A DNA stretch of 64,000 bases, from NCBI RefSeq assembly GCF_009914755.1, contig NC_060934.1, one strand, 5' to 3'. Made by a program: the position numbers and the translations under genes. This DNA is from the human T2T-CHM13v2.0 reference genome, Homo sapiens. The notes beneath the pieces were generated by a model. That model saw only the letters and a program-made list of their open reading frames with translations, was not told the origin of the DNA and made no database searches. Shown here in pieces: positions 29,172-50,114 of this stretch (within the stretch, counting starts at the first letter, position 1; each line of letters starts with the position of its first letter).

Positions 29172-29837
29172 CTAAAGTCAAGCCCCAACATCTCTTCCAA
29201 ACTTCAGCTCAGTTGGGGAAGGAAATGCGATTTTAGTAAAAAAGAGAACAAAAGAAGAATGGGTGCACTGGACCAATTTTACCTAATGTTTAATTTTGCT
29301 GAAGATGGATGTGGGGGATGTTATGAGGACGAGGGGGAGTGTGAGGAAGGAGGAAGAGAAAATAGCACATGGGGAGGCCCAGACATGATGGAAGCTGGTT
29401 CCACAGAGCTAAGAAAAGAACTGTTTCATTGGTACCAAACCCAGATTTTCTCCCATTTTTGCATCGCTGAAATTGGACATCTCTTGCAATGAAGTTATTT
29501 TACCATTTTAATTGGCAGAATTGTTTTTTCTTAATGTCACATAAAATAACGTTGCATCTTATGGTTGATGATATTTCAGATTTACTGAAATATGGTAGTC
29601 GTGTTAGACTCGAGAAAAAGCGTAAGAACTTACAGGAAAAAAGGCTGAAGAACTCAACAGGTGGGCACACCATGCAACTAGTAGTAAGGGGGTTGAATTT
29701 TATCTCAAGTGTAATGAGAAGCCATTAAAGGATTTTAATAGTGGACTAGCTTGATCAGATTTGTATATTTTGGAAAATAACTGATATAGTTTGGATATTT
29801 GTCCCCTCCAAATCTCATGTTGAAATTCCACCCCCAG

Positions 29838-32791
<2,954 letters not shown>

Positions 32792-34164
32792 GAAATTCCA
32801 TCCCTAGTTTGGAGATGGGGCCTAGTGAGAGGTGTTTGAGTCATGGGGGTGGATCCCACATGAATGGCTTGGTGTCATCCCTGTAGTAATGAATGAGTTA
32901 TTGCTCTATGAGTTCCTGGAAGATCTGGTTGTCTAAAAGAGCCTGGAACCCCTTCCCTCTCTCTCTTTCTTTCTTTCATGCCATGGGATGCCTCCTCCCC
33001 TTCGCTTTCTACCATGAATAGAAGCTTCCTGAAGTCCTTGCCAGAAGCAGATGCCAGCACCATGCTGCTTATAAAGCCTGCAGAACTGTGAGACAAATAA
33101 ATCTTGTTTCTTTATAAATTACCCAGGCTCAGGTATCTCTTTATAGCAATGCAAACAGACTAAGACAATAACTCTATCTGTAATGGGAAGGATAGAAAGG
33201 AAGAGAGCATGGAGAGAAGATTTAGGAGGTTTTTGGAGTAACCCAGAGGGAGATGATTATCTTCTGGACTGGTGTTGCAAGTATGAGATGGAGAAAGTGG
33301 AAATGAGAGAAATTTAGGAGGTAAAATCTTCCAATTCCTGTTGATTGTCTGAATGTGTGGAAGGGGGCAAGGGAGGAGTCACAGTTGATACCCGGACTTC
33401 TGAATTAGGCAACCAGATTGGTGGTGGAGCCATTTAAGAAGATAAGGAACAGAGGAGAAGGAGTATTACTACAAGGGGAAGATGGTGATTTCTATTGTGT
33501 TTGAGGTTCTTGGGAGACACCAAAGGGAAGATGTCCAATAGACCCTTGAATATATGGATCTGATGCTCAGGAGGCAGATCCAAGCTGATGTTCTAGACAT
33601 GGGAATCATCAGCCTATAGTTGTAATTGAATAGCTGAAGTTAAGGGAGTGGATGTGGATTGCCTAGGGAGGGTGTACAGTGTGAGGAGAGGTAAGAGCAA
33701 TGACAAAAGCCTGAAGATCATGAACACTTAAGTGATGGGCAGAGGGGGGCATCCCACAAGGAGAATAAGAAGGACCAGCCAAAGAAGGAGGAGAAAAAGC
33801 AGAAGAGTGTGAGGTCATGAAAGCCAAGGATAAAAGAGTGACCAGAGAGGCCATAAATGGTCAATTCTGTGAAATGCTATGGAGAGGTCGGAGGGAGAGA
33901 CCAGAAATGCCTGCTGCATTTACTTGGTAACTTCTGTTTTTATTAACACAATTGAAAGGAAAAAGACAAAATGGGGAACATTTTTGTAGTATAAATAAGG
34001 AGCTCTTATAATTTAGTAATAAAAAGACAAATTCTATGGAGAAATGGACAATAGACATTGACAAGCAATTTTCAAGAGCAGAAATTAAAAATGACCAAAA
34101 TATATTAGAAAATAGCTTCAGAATCATTACTAATAATGAAATGCTAATTAAAACAATACTGCCT

Positions 34165-35850
34165 CAATCCCATTTACAATAGCCATACAAGAAACATTTT
34201 CTAGGAATACATCTAACTAAGCAGGTGAAAGAGCTCTGCAAGGATAACTACAAAACACTGCTGAAAGAAATCACAGATGACACAAACAAATGAAAAAAAC
34301 ATTTCATACTCATGGATTGGAAGAACCAATGTCTTTAAAATGGCCACACTACCCAAAGCAATCTACAGATTCAATGCTATTCCTATCAAACTACCAAGGT
34401 CATTTTTCAAAGAATTAGAAAAAACTATTCTAAAATTCATATGGAACAAAAAAAGTCCACATAGCCAAAGCAATCCTATTTAAAAAGAAGCCAGAGGCAT
34501 CACACTACCAGACTTCAAACTATATTACAAGGCTACAGTGACCAAAACAGCATGGTACTGGTACAAAAACAGACACATAGAAAACCCAGAAATGAAGCCA
34601 CACATCTACAACCAACCAATCTTTGACAAAATTGACAAAAATAAGCAATGGAGAAAGGCCTCCCTATTCCATAAATTGTGCTGGGATACTTGCTAACCAT
34701 ATACAGAAGAATAAATCTGGATGCCTACCTCTCACCATATACAAAAATTAACTTAAAATGGATTAAATAATTAAATATGAGACCTCAAACTATGAAAATC
34801 CTAGAAGAAAACCTAGGAAATACCCTCTGGACGTCAGCCTTGGCAAAGAATTTATAACTAAGTTCTTAAAAACAATAGCAACAAAAACAAAAATTGACAA
34901 GTGAGATCTAATTAAACTAAAGAACTTTTGTACAGCAAAAGAAACTATCAACAGAATAAACAGACAACCTACAGAATGGGAGAAAATATTCACAAACAAT
35001 GCACCCAATAAAGGTCTAATATCCAGAATCTATATGGAACTTAAACAATTCAACAACCAAAAACCAAATAACCCCATTAAAAAATGGGCAAAAGACGTGA
35101 ACAGACACGTCTCAAAAGAAGACATGCAAGGGAGTGATTAACAGCAGTATCCTTTGGTTCATCACTAATCATCAGAGAAATGCAAATCAAAACCACAATA
35201 AGATAGCATCTCATACTAGTCAGAATGGCTATTATTAAAAAGTCAAAAAACAACAGATATTGGTGCGGCTACAGAGGAATGGGAATATTTATACACTGTT
35301 GGTAGGAATGTAAATTCAGCCACTGTGGAAAGCAGTTTGGAGATTTCTCCATGAACTTAAAATAGAACTGCCATTCGACCCAGTAATCCCATTACTGGGT
35401 ATATACCCAAAGGAAAATAAATCACTCTACTAAAAAGACATGCATTTGCATGTTCATCGCAGCACTATTCACAATAGCAATGATGTGCAATCAACCCAGG
35501 TTCCCATCAACAGTGGAATGGATAAAGAAAACATGGTACATATACACCATGGAATGCTGCACAGTCAGAGAAAAGAACAAAATCATGTCCTCTGTGGCAA
35601 CATGGATGGAGCTGCAGGCCATTATCCTAAGCGAATTAATGCAGAAACAGAAAATCAAATATTGTGTGTTCTCACTTATAAATGGGAAATAAACAGTGGG
35701 TACTCATGGACAGAAAGATGAGAATAACAGATACTGGGGACACAGGAGGAAGGAGAGAGGGAGGGAGGCCAGGGTAGAAAAACTACCTATTGGGTACTAT
35801 GCTCACTACCTGGGTGACAGGTTCAATTGCACCCCAAACCTCAGCATTAC
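34165..35850 (+). mobile_element. L1PB-like 3' fragment (decayed ORF2 + 3' UTR)
   Basis: Frameshifted ORF2 peptides ([29 protein letters not shown]; [10 protein letters not shown]). Confidence 0.88.
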
Positions 35851-37312
35851 ACATCAAACTGCAAGGATTTTAAAAAGTGAGTGCAATAGTATAGGCCAGG
35901 TGTAGACAAGAAGTACCCTATATACTACTGCAGGGATTCAAGAGAACCAGCCCCTAGCAATATTTGTCAATGCCTTTTATATATAGCATATCTTTGCCAG
36001 TAATTCCTTAAAAGAATAATCTGAAATATATGCAGAGATGTATATGTAGATAACTTCTATAGCTACTGTTGTGTATAATAGTAAAATATTGGGAAAAGCA
36101 TGCAAGTCCAGCAATAGAGGACAGGCTAAGAAAAATTGTGGTATATCCATCAGCTTTTAGAGTCGCAGATGAATGACATGATGACATAGGAAAATGTTCA
36201 AGGGAAATTGTGAAGTTAAAATAAGGAGGAGGATGGGTTGCAAGCCAGCATGTTTGCTGTAGCTTCAACTTTTGTACACCACTAAATAACGAAAGCTCTG
36301 GTTAAGGGCCTAGAAAAACACTGAGGGGATCTACATCACTTTATGAACAGCCATAGCCTCTGGATGGTGACATAATAAGAGTTTTTCACTTTGCACTATT
36401 TGGTTTTTTTTTTCATTTTTCTTCATCAAATATATTAATTTTATAATAATTTTTAATACGCACATAGATTAAATGTGAATAAATTAAATGACCACATAGA
36501 GTTATTAGCTAAAGCCAGTTAAATTTCAAAAATGATGCCTTGCATTTTAGGGCACTGCCTCTGTGGCCCTTTTAGTTGGCAGTACTTGAACACCAGGACG
36601 AGTTATTTTTTTGAGATCACTCTTTGTTCGTGCCAGGAAAATCCTGCTTTCTGTGTTTAAGAAAATGCCTCGCCATCTATCCACCCCCGTAGGAGGGCAT
36701 GAATGCAGCTTGCCCAGTCAAAAACAAGGAAGGCCAGAACACATCCCACAGAAAGTTGCTAACGGATCCATAAAAGATTTTTTTATTGATCTTTATTTTA
36801 TAGTCCTAAGGTTCTGATTCCATGTGAGCATCACCCCTGGGTACTTTTATAACTTTTTAAATCAACTGCACCCTGTGAGACAAATAACTGAGACCTAGGC
36901 TGAAAGCCAGAGGGTTCTGATGGCTTGTTCCTCTTGCAGATGGCAACCAGGGTCTACCTTCCGTGACCTCACTCTGCATATTTGCATGCAGACCACGGGA
37001 CTCAGCCCATACACCTAGCTCTGGTCACCAGAGGCTGAGACCACCAAGTGGATGCATATCATAATAACCAAATTTGGATGGAGCTTTTTAAACAAATATT
37101 TTTGAGGCAATAAGAAATTTACAAGATTCTCCAAATGTTATAACATCTAGATGACCACCTCTTTTCATTTTTACTTCACATCTCCCCTCAATAACCTGGC
37201 TGGGACATGGAAGTTTTGTTTTGTTTTTGTCATTTGGAAGACCTGATCAAACCAGACAGATGAAAGTGGTTTTAAATTATAGGCAGTCCACTGATTTGGG
37301 GTTTGAGGATGA

Positions 37313-37645
<333 letters not shown>

Positions 37646-37999
37646 TAAATCAGAGTTCTAAAAGCCCATGGACAGTAACAGGTAGAGTGTGAAAGCCTTT
37701 GGCTGTCTTTCTCCATCACAGCCCCACTGTCCCTGGTTCAATCTTCAAGCCGGTGACCTCCAACACAGCTCTGCTAAGAATAATAAGGGAGAGAAACAAT
37801 TTTCTCCCTAGCTCAGGCAGTTACTGAGAACATACTACCTGTCACGCACCATGCTAAATATTTGGTATACATGATCTCATATAATCCCTACAACCATCCT
37901 ATGAGATAGATGTTGATAGTCCCATTTTACAGTTAAAGAGTTCAATGACTTGCCCAAGGATACCCAGCAAGCAGGGTCAAGTTAAGATTTCAACCCAGA

Positions 38000-38293
38000 T
38001 TTTTCTTTTTCTTTTCTCTATTTGCTCTGTCACCCAGGGCTGGAGTACTGTGGCTTGATCATAGCTCACTGAAGCCCCAAACTCCTGGGTTCAAGGGATC
38101 CTCCTGCCTTAATCTCCCGAGTAGCTAGGACTACAGGCATGCACCAGCATGCCTGGCTAATTTATTTTTATTTTTGTAGAAATGGGGTCTCACTATTTTG
38201 CCCAGGCTGGTCTTGAATTCTTGGCCTCAAGTGATCCTCCCACCTAGGCCTCCCAAAGTGCTAGGATTATAAGCATGAGGCACCAGGACCAGC
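38000..38293 (-). mobile_element. AluJ inserted in a MIR
   Basis: TSD AACCCAGATTTTT; MIR sequence on both sides. Confidence 0.88.
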
Positions 38294-38362
38294 CTCAAAC
38301 CCAGATTTTTCTGACTCCAAAATCTGTGAGGCTTCTTTTTTAGCACTACTTAACTATCATAA

Positions 38363-38788
<426 letters not shown>

Positions 38789-39699
38789 AACTATCATAAT
38801 TCTTTAGCCCTACTATTATAATCTTTCCCTGTGGAAGCCACAGAGAGACCATCAGAGAGACAGCCTAATGAAGTTGGCAGCCACGCCCATCCTGTAACCA
38901 GTCCTTTCGCCGGGCGGCTGGGTGGGGAGCGGCTGCTGATAGAGCCTGGTTTCAGCGCACTCTGCAGGAACGTGGGTGTCAGCCATTGTGCTGACCCCAG
39001 GATGCTGGTCCCAGCTCCCAGAGCTCCACTCATCGTTCTGATGGACCCTCTGCCCCCAACCAGTTATGTGTCGTGGAATCAAACATCCCAGATCGACACT
39101 GCTTCAGTTCCAGCCGTACATACTCAATGGAGGGAAACTGCTGTCCCAGAAAAAAATGACAGAGCCAGCCACGGGGAGGCAAGATGCCTGCCTTTCTCAG
39201 CGTCAGATTTGCCTCTGTCACTGTGATCAGCCGTTTTTCTTCTGAGCTGGCCGCTCTCGCTGTGCTGGCTAGGGGACGCAGGATTTCTAGGCCACTTGAA
39301 AGATAAAACCCTAACCCAGCAAGCAGCAAGAGGGAGTTTGGGACGTAAAAACCAGCAAGCTCCTAAGAGTGCACAGAGGGTCCCTGACCGCACACAGCTG
39401 CTCCGCCCGGGCTACTGTGGAACTGTGCCAGGTCTTACCTGGCTGGGGCAGAAGTGGGTTCTCACCTCTGCACCAGCACTGGGAAGGGCTTCTGTTACTC
39501 CCATCCCATCAGCCGTGCACTTCCTGTGCACTTCCCAGGAAAAAAACTGTGTCTGTACATAGCTTCACTCGAAGCCTCCAGAAAGCCTTTCATTGCTGGG
39601 TAAAATGCTCAGAGTGAAGTGTGGTTTTTAAGAACAGGATATGATTTTAAATACACACACACACACACACGAAACTAGAGAAATAAACCAAGCATATGA

Positions 39700-40330
39700 A
39701 TTTCTCTGTGTCCTCTAGCCACATTGGCCTCTTTTGGATCCATAAATGCATTGTGTTCCTTCTTGCTTTTAAGTATGCAGGGGCTCTGCACGAAGCCCCT
39801 TCCCTCTTACCCGGTTAAATCCTATCACTCTTTAGGTCTCGGCTTGACGCCACTTCCTTGGGAAAAACCCATGAGCTCCTAAACCAGGTCAGATATTCCT
39901 GTTATACACTCTAGGCTCTCAAATCACGCAGTAGACGTGCAATTCATGAATTTTGTAGTTACTTGCTTAACAGCATTCTTCCCTGCTAGATGATGGGCTG
40001 CAAGTGTCCGGATACGGTTTCCCAGCTTCTCCTTAGTGGTGCTCCCTGCCGCTCAGCTCCTGCCACCACCTATGCAGGAATCAATGTAGGTTTGAATAGC
40101 AGGTCTCAGGTGTGACTTTAAAAGCCAGGGTCTGAGCTGGCTCTGCCTCAGAGCGACTGGGCTCTGGAGTCTCTGAAAGCAGGGCTGGTCCTCTCCGTGG
40201 AGGTGATGAGCTCAGTGGAGGCCACTCAAGTCTGTCTTGGTCACTGCTGCTCTCCCAGGACATGCATAGTGCCGGTTCATGGTAGACGCTCACTAGACGC
40301 TCATTGGATGACTGAATGCTTGTTGGATGC
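39700..40330. mobile_element. L2 fragments
   Basis: L2 3'-end motifs (CATAGTGCCGG...GTAGACGCTCA...GAATG). Confidence 0.5.
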
Positions 40331-41282
40331 ATGGCAGCCTTGGTGCTCTACTGCACAAAGTACTTCAGACAATCATAGTTAGGAAGACCTTATGTCCCAT
40401 GCCTAGGAGAGTCCTGATCCACGTTAGCTGTCCTTTCTCTCTCAAGAATGTCCAAGTTTAGATGACAAGTGATTTGGATGCACTAGTAGAAGTATCTGTC
40501 AATTCAAATTATTCTTCCTATTAAATAAAAACACCTTAATGAAGAAATTAAAATCACTTCAAGGTATCCATGTTTTTGACCAGTTTTTATGCTGTCCAGC
40601 CGTCAGGTGTTTTAGACCTGTGCTCTAAGCTAGAAACAAAAATAGAAGTTTTTTTTTTCTCTTGTCTGCAGAAAATTGTCACCAGCCTGCTGCTTCCCCA
40701 TGCATTTTATAAAGGTCACTACTGACTCAACTTTTCTTTTTGCAGGAGAGACTTCATCATAATTCCATTTTCTTCCCAATATCTTAACCCTTAAGTCCTG
40801 AGTGGAAACACTGACCACCACAGAGGGCGGTGATGAAAATACCTCACTCAGGGGTCTAAATTCCTTCCTCACTTTGCTCCTAGATTCAACAAAAATTTGC
40901 ATATAACTCACTTTTTGTCTTATTACAAAAGTAAAAAATGGAGAGAAGAAAATCTACATCACCACAATTCCAACCTCTAAAAATAGCCACCGTGTGTCTT
41001 TGGAGATCATTTCCCCCCCAGGTAAATACATACTTTTTATTATATAAAAATGAAATACTTGGGGGAGTTGAAGAAAATTAGTACAGAGTAATCTAACCAA
41101 CACATCTGTACTATTCACCAGCAGAATGAATCAATGTGAGCATCTGGTGATAATACGTGGGTGTGTATGTGTTTTTCTGTGTGTGTGCATGAAATGCTGC
41201 AGGGGAAGGTGGCATCTTCTTGGTTCCTCTCTCAGATGTTCCAGTCTCCTTCCTCCTTCGCCAGGAGCAACCAATAACATGA

Positions 41283-41873
<591 letters not shown>

Positions 41874-42230
41874 CACTGATTTTACTTCTACTCTACATGT
41901 CTGTAATATCTTCATGTTGATATATGTAGCACGGACTGATTGGTTTAAACAGCTGTGTGGCATTCTGTTGCGTCAATATATACAATTTGATTTCTTCTTT
42001 TATTGTTAAAATGTTGACAGTTCCCAGTATTTTACTATTACAAGCAATGCTGCAAAGAAACTCCTCTACAAGTTTCCTTATGCACTTCTTAAGGGCTTTT
42101 CAAGATGGGTATTTAGAACTGGAATTGCTGGGTTGAAGGGTATACACGTTTCAAGATTGACAAGTTGACTTCTGAAGTAGTTTTTGCCCATATACACTCA
42201 CTCCAGCAGCATCTGAAAGTTCCCACTTCT

Positions 42231-42623
<393 letters not shown>

Positions 42624-42736
42624 TCATTACCTTTTCCATGGTTGCATATAGGTTTAAGCCACACACTGTTTTGTAACTGCTTTCCACAGTGTGTTTTGAA
42701 CGTCTTCTCACATAATTATTCTTCCCTGTAATCTGT

Positions 42737-43063
<327 letters not shown>

Positions 43064-43169
43064 TGAAGGCATATTCTTTTGTATGGCTATGCTGCTGTTT
43101 AACAAATGCCTTGCCATTGAACGTTTCCATTTATGCTTCTGGGAGTTTGACATCGGTGATACTACAGTG

Positions 43170-43540
43170 GTGAAGAGGATTGACTTTACATTCAGACAAA
43201 AACTGGCTTTTTTGTCTGGGGCCACACCACTTGCCAGCTGTGCAGCCTTAGACAGGTCCCTTGGGGGATAAAGAAGACTGACATTGACCCTCCCCGGTCT
43301 CATGGTATATAGCAGCGTGGCTAAAAGTTAAGCCTCTGCAGGCAGCAGCTGTCTGAATCCTGGTTCTGCTACTTATGGACTGTTTGACATTAGGAAAGGG
43401 CTTTAACTTCTCTGTGGCTCAGTTTCCTTGTGTGTAAAATCAGAGATGACAGTAGCCCCTGAAACCTACCCCAGAGGGTTATTGGAAAGAGTCTAGAATA
43501 CAATGGATGACTTTTGCACAGCATCTGGCACATAATAATA
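43170..43540 (+). mobile_element. MIR fragments
   Basis: CTTTAACTTCTCTGTGGCTCAGTTTCCTTGTGTGTAAAAT core. Confidence 0.7.
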
Positions 43541-44769
43541 TCTAGGACTCATTCTATGCCTATTATTCAAGTTGAAATAAAATATAATTTGGACGTCAAA
43601 CAGGATCTTTCTGGTCCATTTCTATTTTCTCAGATGGAGAAAATGAAGCTCAGAGGAGTTAGGGATCGGCTGAGGTCCCACAGCTAGTTCCTGTCAGCTT
43701 GAGGAGTGGGAACCAAATAAGAGCGGCCACTAGTGTGCCTTCTCTGGTGCTTTGCGCCACATTGTGATATGGAAAGCAAGAATTCGTAAACAGGAATGGC
43801 TTACATTCCTTCGGCATGCTTTCACTCCGCAGAGTCCCACGACAGTTCGTCCCAGTGGACGGTCTCGCAGCAAGTGATAGGCTCCAGTCACTGCTCTGCA
43901 TGCGAATTTGCTCCAGGCCATGATAAGGTAGGTGTTACCCTAAGGTTCGGGGACTTTGCAGATGTCAGAGCCTTGGGGTGCAAAGCTCTGTTTGCTCTGC
44001 TCACTGCTGAGAAACAGAAGCTTGTCCACCAGGAGAGCCTGTCATCATTTTCCTTTAGGGACCTGATCCATTACTGTGGCCACCACTAAATCAAAAGCTC
44101 TAATTGTCTGTCAGAGAGTCTTCAGGGGGTGATGGAGGGTGGGCATGGTTAGGAGGTGCAAGTTGCCTGGCAGCACGTAACCCTTTCTGACCCGCGCATC
44201 TTTTTGCTGTTCACACGATTTGTCATCTTGCCTAGAGCCGGTTGGGGCACACCTAACCTTGGTGCCTGCTCGGCCTTGGCCCAGCCCAACAGCAGGTGCA
44301 GACATTAAGGAGTTTCCTGTGGCTGGGCACTGCCAGCAGCCTGGATGGACGAGAACTTGAGCTGGAGGGCTTCATTTTCCATGAGACTCTCTCCCATTTC
44401 TTTTGCTTATTCTGTTTCATTTTGGAATGACTCCTGGATTTTTTGTCACTGAGATGAACAACAAATACATTTCCCCAGAAGCAATAAATACAGTTTTCCA
44501 TTGAGGATAAATCACCTGGGTTTCCAGAAGATTATCCAAATGTAGGAATACAGCCAACAAGATTTCTGGAGATTCTTCTTGATCCTATCTCACTAATGTT
44601 AGAATATCTAGGAATGTGTTCTAAAAACCTGTAAACCACTAGACTTGTTCATCACTGGCAGCCCTTTTCTTTATGGTTACAATAACAAAAAGTACTAGGA
44701 CTCATATTTTGATAAACTTTTTAAAAAAGTTTCCCTTTTTCAAGACCCTTTGGAAGAAAATTGGTTGTA

Positions 44770-47595
<2,826 letters not shown>

Positions 47596-47817
47596 AGATA
47601 TTATATATAATATATGATAGATATTATATATAATATATGATAGATATTATATATAATATATGATAGATATTATATATAATATGATATATGATAGATATTA
47701 TATATAATATGATATATGATAGATATTATATATATGATATATGATAGATATTATATATAATATGATATATGATAGATATTATATATAATATGATATATAT
47801 AATAGATATTTTATATA
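47596..47817. repeat. Same AT-rich minisatellite, right of the L1
   Basis: Tandem ATATGATAGATATTATATATAAT(ATGAT) copies. Confidence 0.92.
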
Positions 47818-48386
47818 CTTTTTTTTTTTACTTAAAATATCTCCCTCACCCCCTTCTTTTCTCTTAGGGCCCTTCCCTCTGTTGGATTTGAGATCAACTT
47901 CACAGTTCAGAGTTGATCGCTAAAAATACATTAAAAGGGCAAACAGCTGAATATGTCTAAGTTTTTGATAATTTTTTAAAACAGTCCCATTAAAGGTTGC
48001 ATTGGAGAGAAAAGAAGCAGTAGAGGGGGAAAGACTGAAGGTTGAGGAAAGATGGGAGTGGGTGGGCCAGAGTCGGGCTTGGGGAGGCTGAAGCCGGGGT
48101 CAGGGACTGGCCTTGGAGAGGAACAGAGGTTTATTCTCCTGAGCTGGGAGGGAAGGAACGAGGTGAGGATGTGGAACTGATGAATGTGTTGGCAAGGAGG
48201 TAGGAAGTTAAGCCAAGTAACTCAATCGCCTCAAGTTTCACCGTGTTGAGGTTGAGGCAGATTCTTGAGAAGCAGTGAAAGCAGGTCTGTTCTGTAGCTG
48301 ATGGAAGGAAAGAGGACAGGGGTTCCAGAGGCGTGCAAACGGCTTTGTTCATTACAACAGAAGTTCCTATTACAAATCTCACCCTA

Positions 48387-48692
48387 GCCAGGCACGGTGA
48401 CTCATGCCTGTAATTGCAGCACTTTGGGAGGGCAAAGCAAGTAGATTGTTTGAGCCCTTGAATTCGAGACCAGCCTGAGCAATGTGTTGAAACCCCATCT
48501 CTACAAAAAATACACAGAATTTGCCGGGTGTGGTGGTGCGCACCTGTAGTCCCAGCTACTTGGGAGGCTGAGAGATGGGAGGATTGCTTGAGCTCAGGAG
48601 ATTGAGGCTGCAGTGAGCTATAATCACACCACTGCACTCCAGCCTGGGTGACAGAGAGAGACCCTGTCTCACAAAAACAAACAAACAAAAAA
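48387..48692 (+). mobile_element. AluJ
   Basis: TSD AAATCTCACCCT. Confidence 0.9.
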
Positions 48693-48759
48693 TCTCACCC
48701 TCACAGTCCCATAAATTACAGGCGTGTGTGGAAATTGGCATGACCACCTTGGGGAAGTA

Positions 48760-49293
48760 TTAGGGTTGCCACAAATCCTTTTTTCCTTCTCCTATTTGGA
48801 ATTAGGCAGAGTCTAATTCTCATTCCTGTGAATCTGAGCTGGCCTAGGTGACTTGTGTGACAAGCAGAACGTGGCGGAGGTGACGCTGCAAGCCTTCTGA
48901 GGCTCGGTCAGCAGCAGCCTTGTGGCTTCCCCCTCCATCTTCTTGAACACTTGCTCCAGGGGGAGCCAGCTATGCTGTAAGGTGCCCCACCATCCTGAGA
49001 TGGCCACGCTGGAGAGGCTTCATGGAGGACGATCTCGGCAGTTCCAGCTGAGCCCAGCCTCACAGCTGTCCCCGCTGAGGCACCAGGTGTGTGGGTGAAG
49101 CCATCTGGTACCCTCCAGATCACTTGATAGCCAAATACTTAAATGATCTTAGTCTGAGCCAAGGGGAGAGAGGAACTGCTCAGCTGAGCCTGCCTGAATT
49201 TGTAGCCCACAGAATAGATGTAATAAAATGGTGGTGGTTTTAAACCACAGAATGTTGGGGTGATTTGTTAGGTAGCAATAGACCACCAGAACA
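48760..49293 (+). mobile_element. MLT1 (F/G/H-like) LTR
   Basis: GGCCTAGGTGACTTG...TTGGGGTGATTTGTTAGGTAGCAATAGA...ACA end. Confidence 0.7.
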
Positions 49294-49741
49294 AGTACCA
49301 GCCACCAAAGCTGAATGTACCCAGATCCTAGGACCTATGCATCCTACTTCTGGATAAATATCTCACAAATATTTGTCTCTATGTGCACCAAGACACAACA
49401 AGAAAGGTCATAGCAGCGTCATATTCATAACGGCACCAAACTGGAATCAATGTAAAAAAAAAAACCAAGATGAGAACGATCCATCTGCTGGGCTAGACTG
49501 CATGGAACAGGAAAGTCGCAGAGGGTAGGAACGAGAGAAATCTGGAGGGGCCTTTGTGACCTAATTAGGAGCATTCCCAATCACTCGGCTGTGCGGTGCT
49601 GATGATGACGCCCACCTTCACCACTTCCTCCACCCACACTGCACGTGTGAGCCGGCCCTTCTCCAGAGCCAACCCCATTTTCCTCCTATGTATTTGTTCT
49701 GGTCAATACAAGCTTACAGCGTGCCAGGCACTGTGCCTGTT

Positions 49742-50114
49742 GAAAAGAAAGAGAGAGAGGATGGAAGGAAGGAAAGAAGAAGGAAAAGGAGGGAAGGAGA
49801 AGGGAGGAAAGAAAGGAAAGGAGAAGGAAAGAAAGGAAGGGAGAAGGAAAGAAAGGAAAGGAGAAGGAAAGAGAGGGAGGGAAGAAAGGGAGAAGGAGCG
49901 GGAGGCAGGAAGGAAGGAATTAAGGAAGACAGGAAGGAAGGAAATAAGGAAGACAGGAAGGAAGGAAATAAGGAAGACAGGAAGGAAGAGAGGAAGGGAG
50001 GGAGGATGGAAGGAAGAGAAAAAACAAAAAGAGAGGAAAGGAGGAAAAGAGGGAGGAAGAAAAATAGAAAGGAAGCAGGGAGGGATGAGGGGAGAGAAAG
50101 AAAGGGAAAGAAAC
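49742..50114 (+). repeat. GA-rich polypurine tract with (GGAA)n and 24-nt subrepeats
   Basis: About 370 bp almost purine-only; AGGAAGGAAGGAAATAAGGAAGAC x~3. Confidence 0.92.

Noticed and set aside
29782-29837. MST LTR acting as the upstream promoter of the YWHAZ retrocopy
   Set aside because: Only ~55 bp of the LTR 5' end is upstream; the rest lies 3' of the retrocopy.
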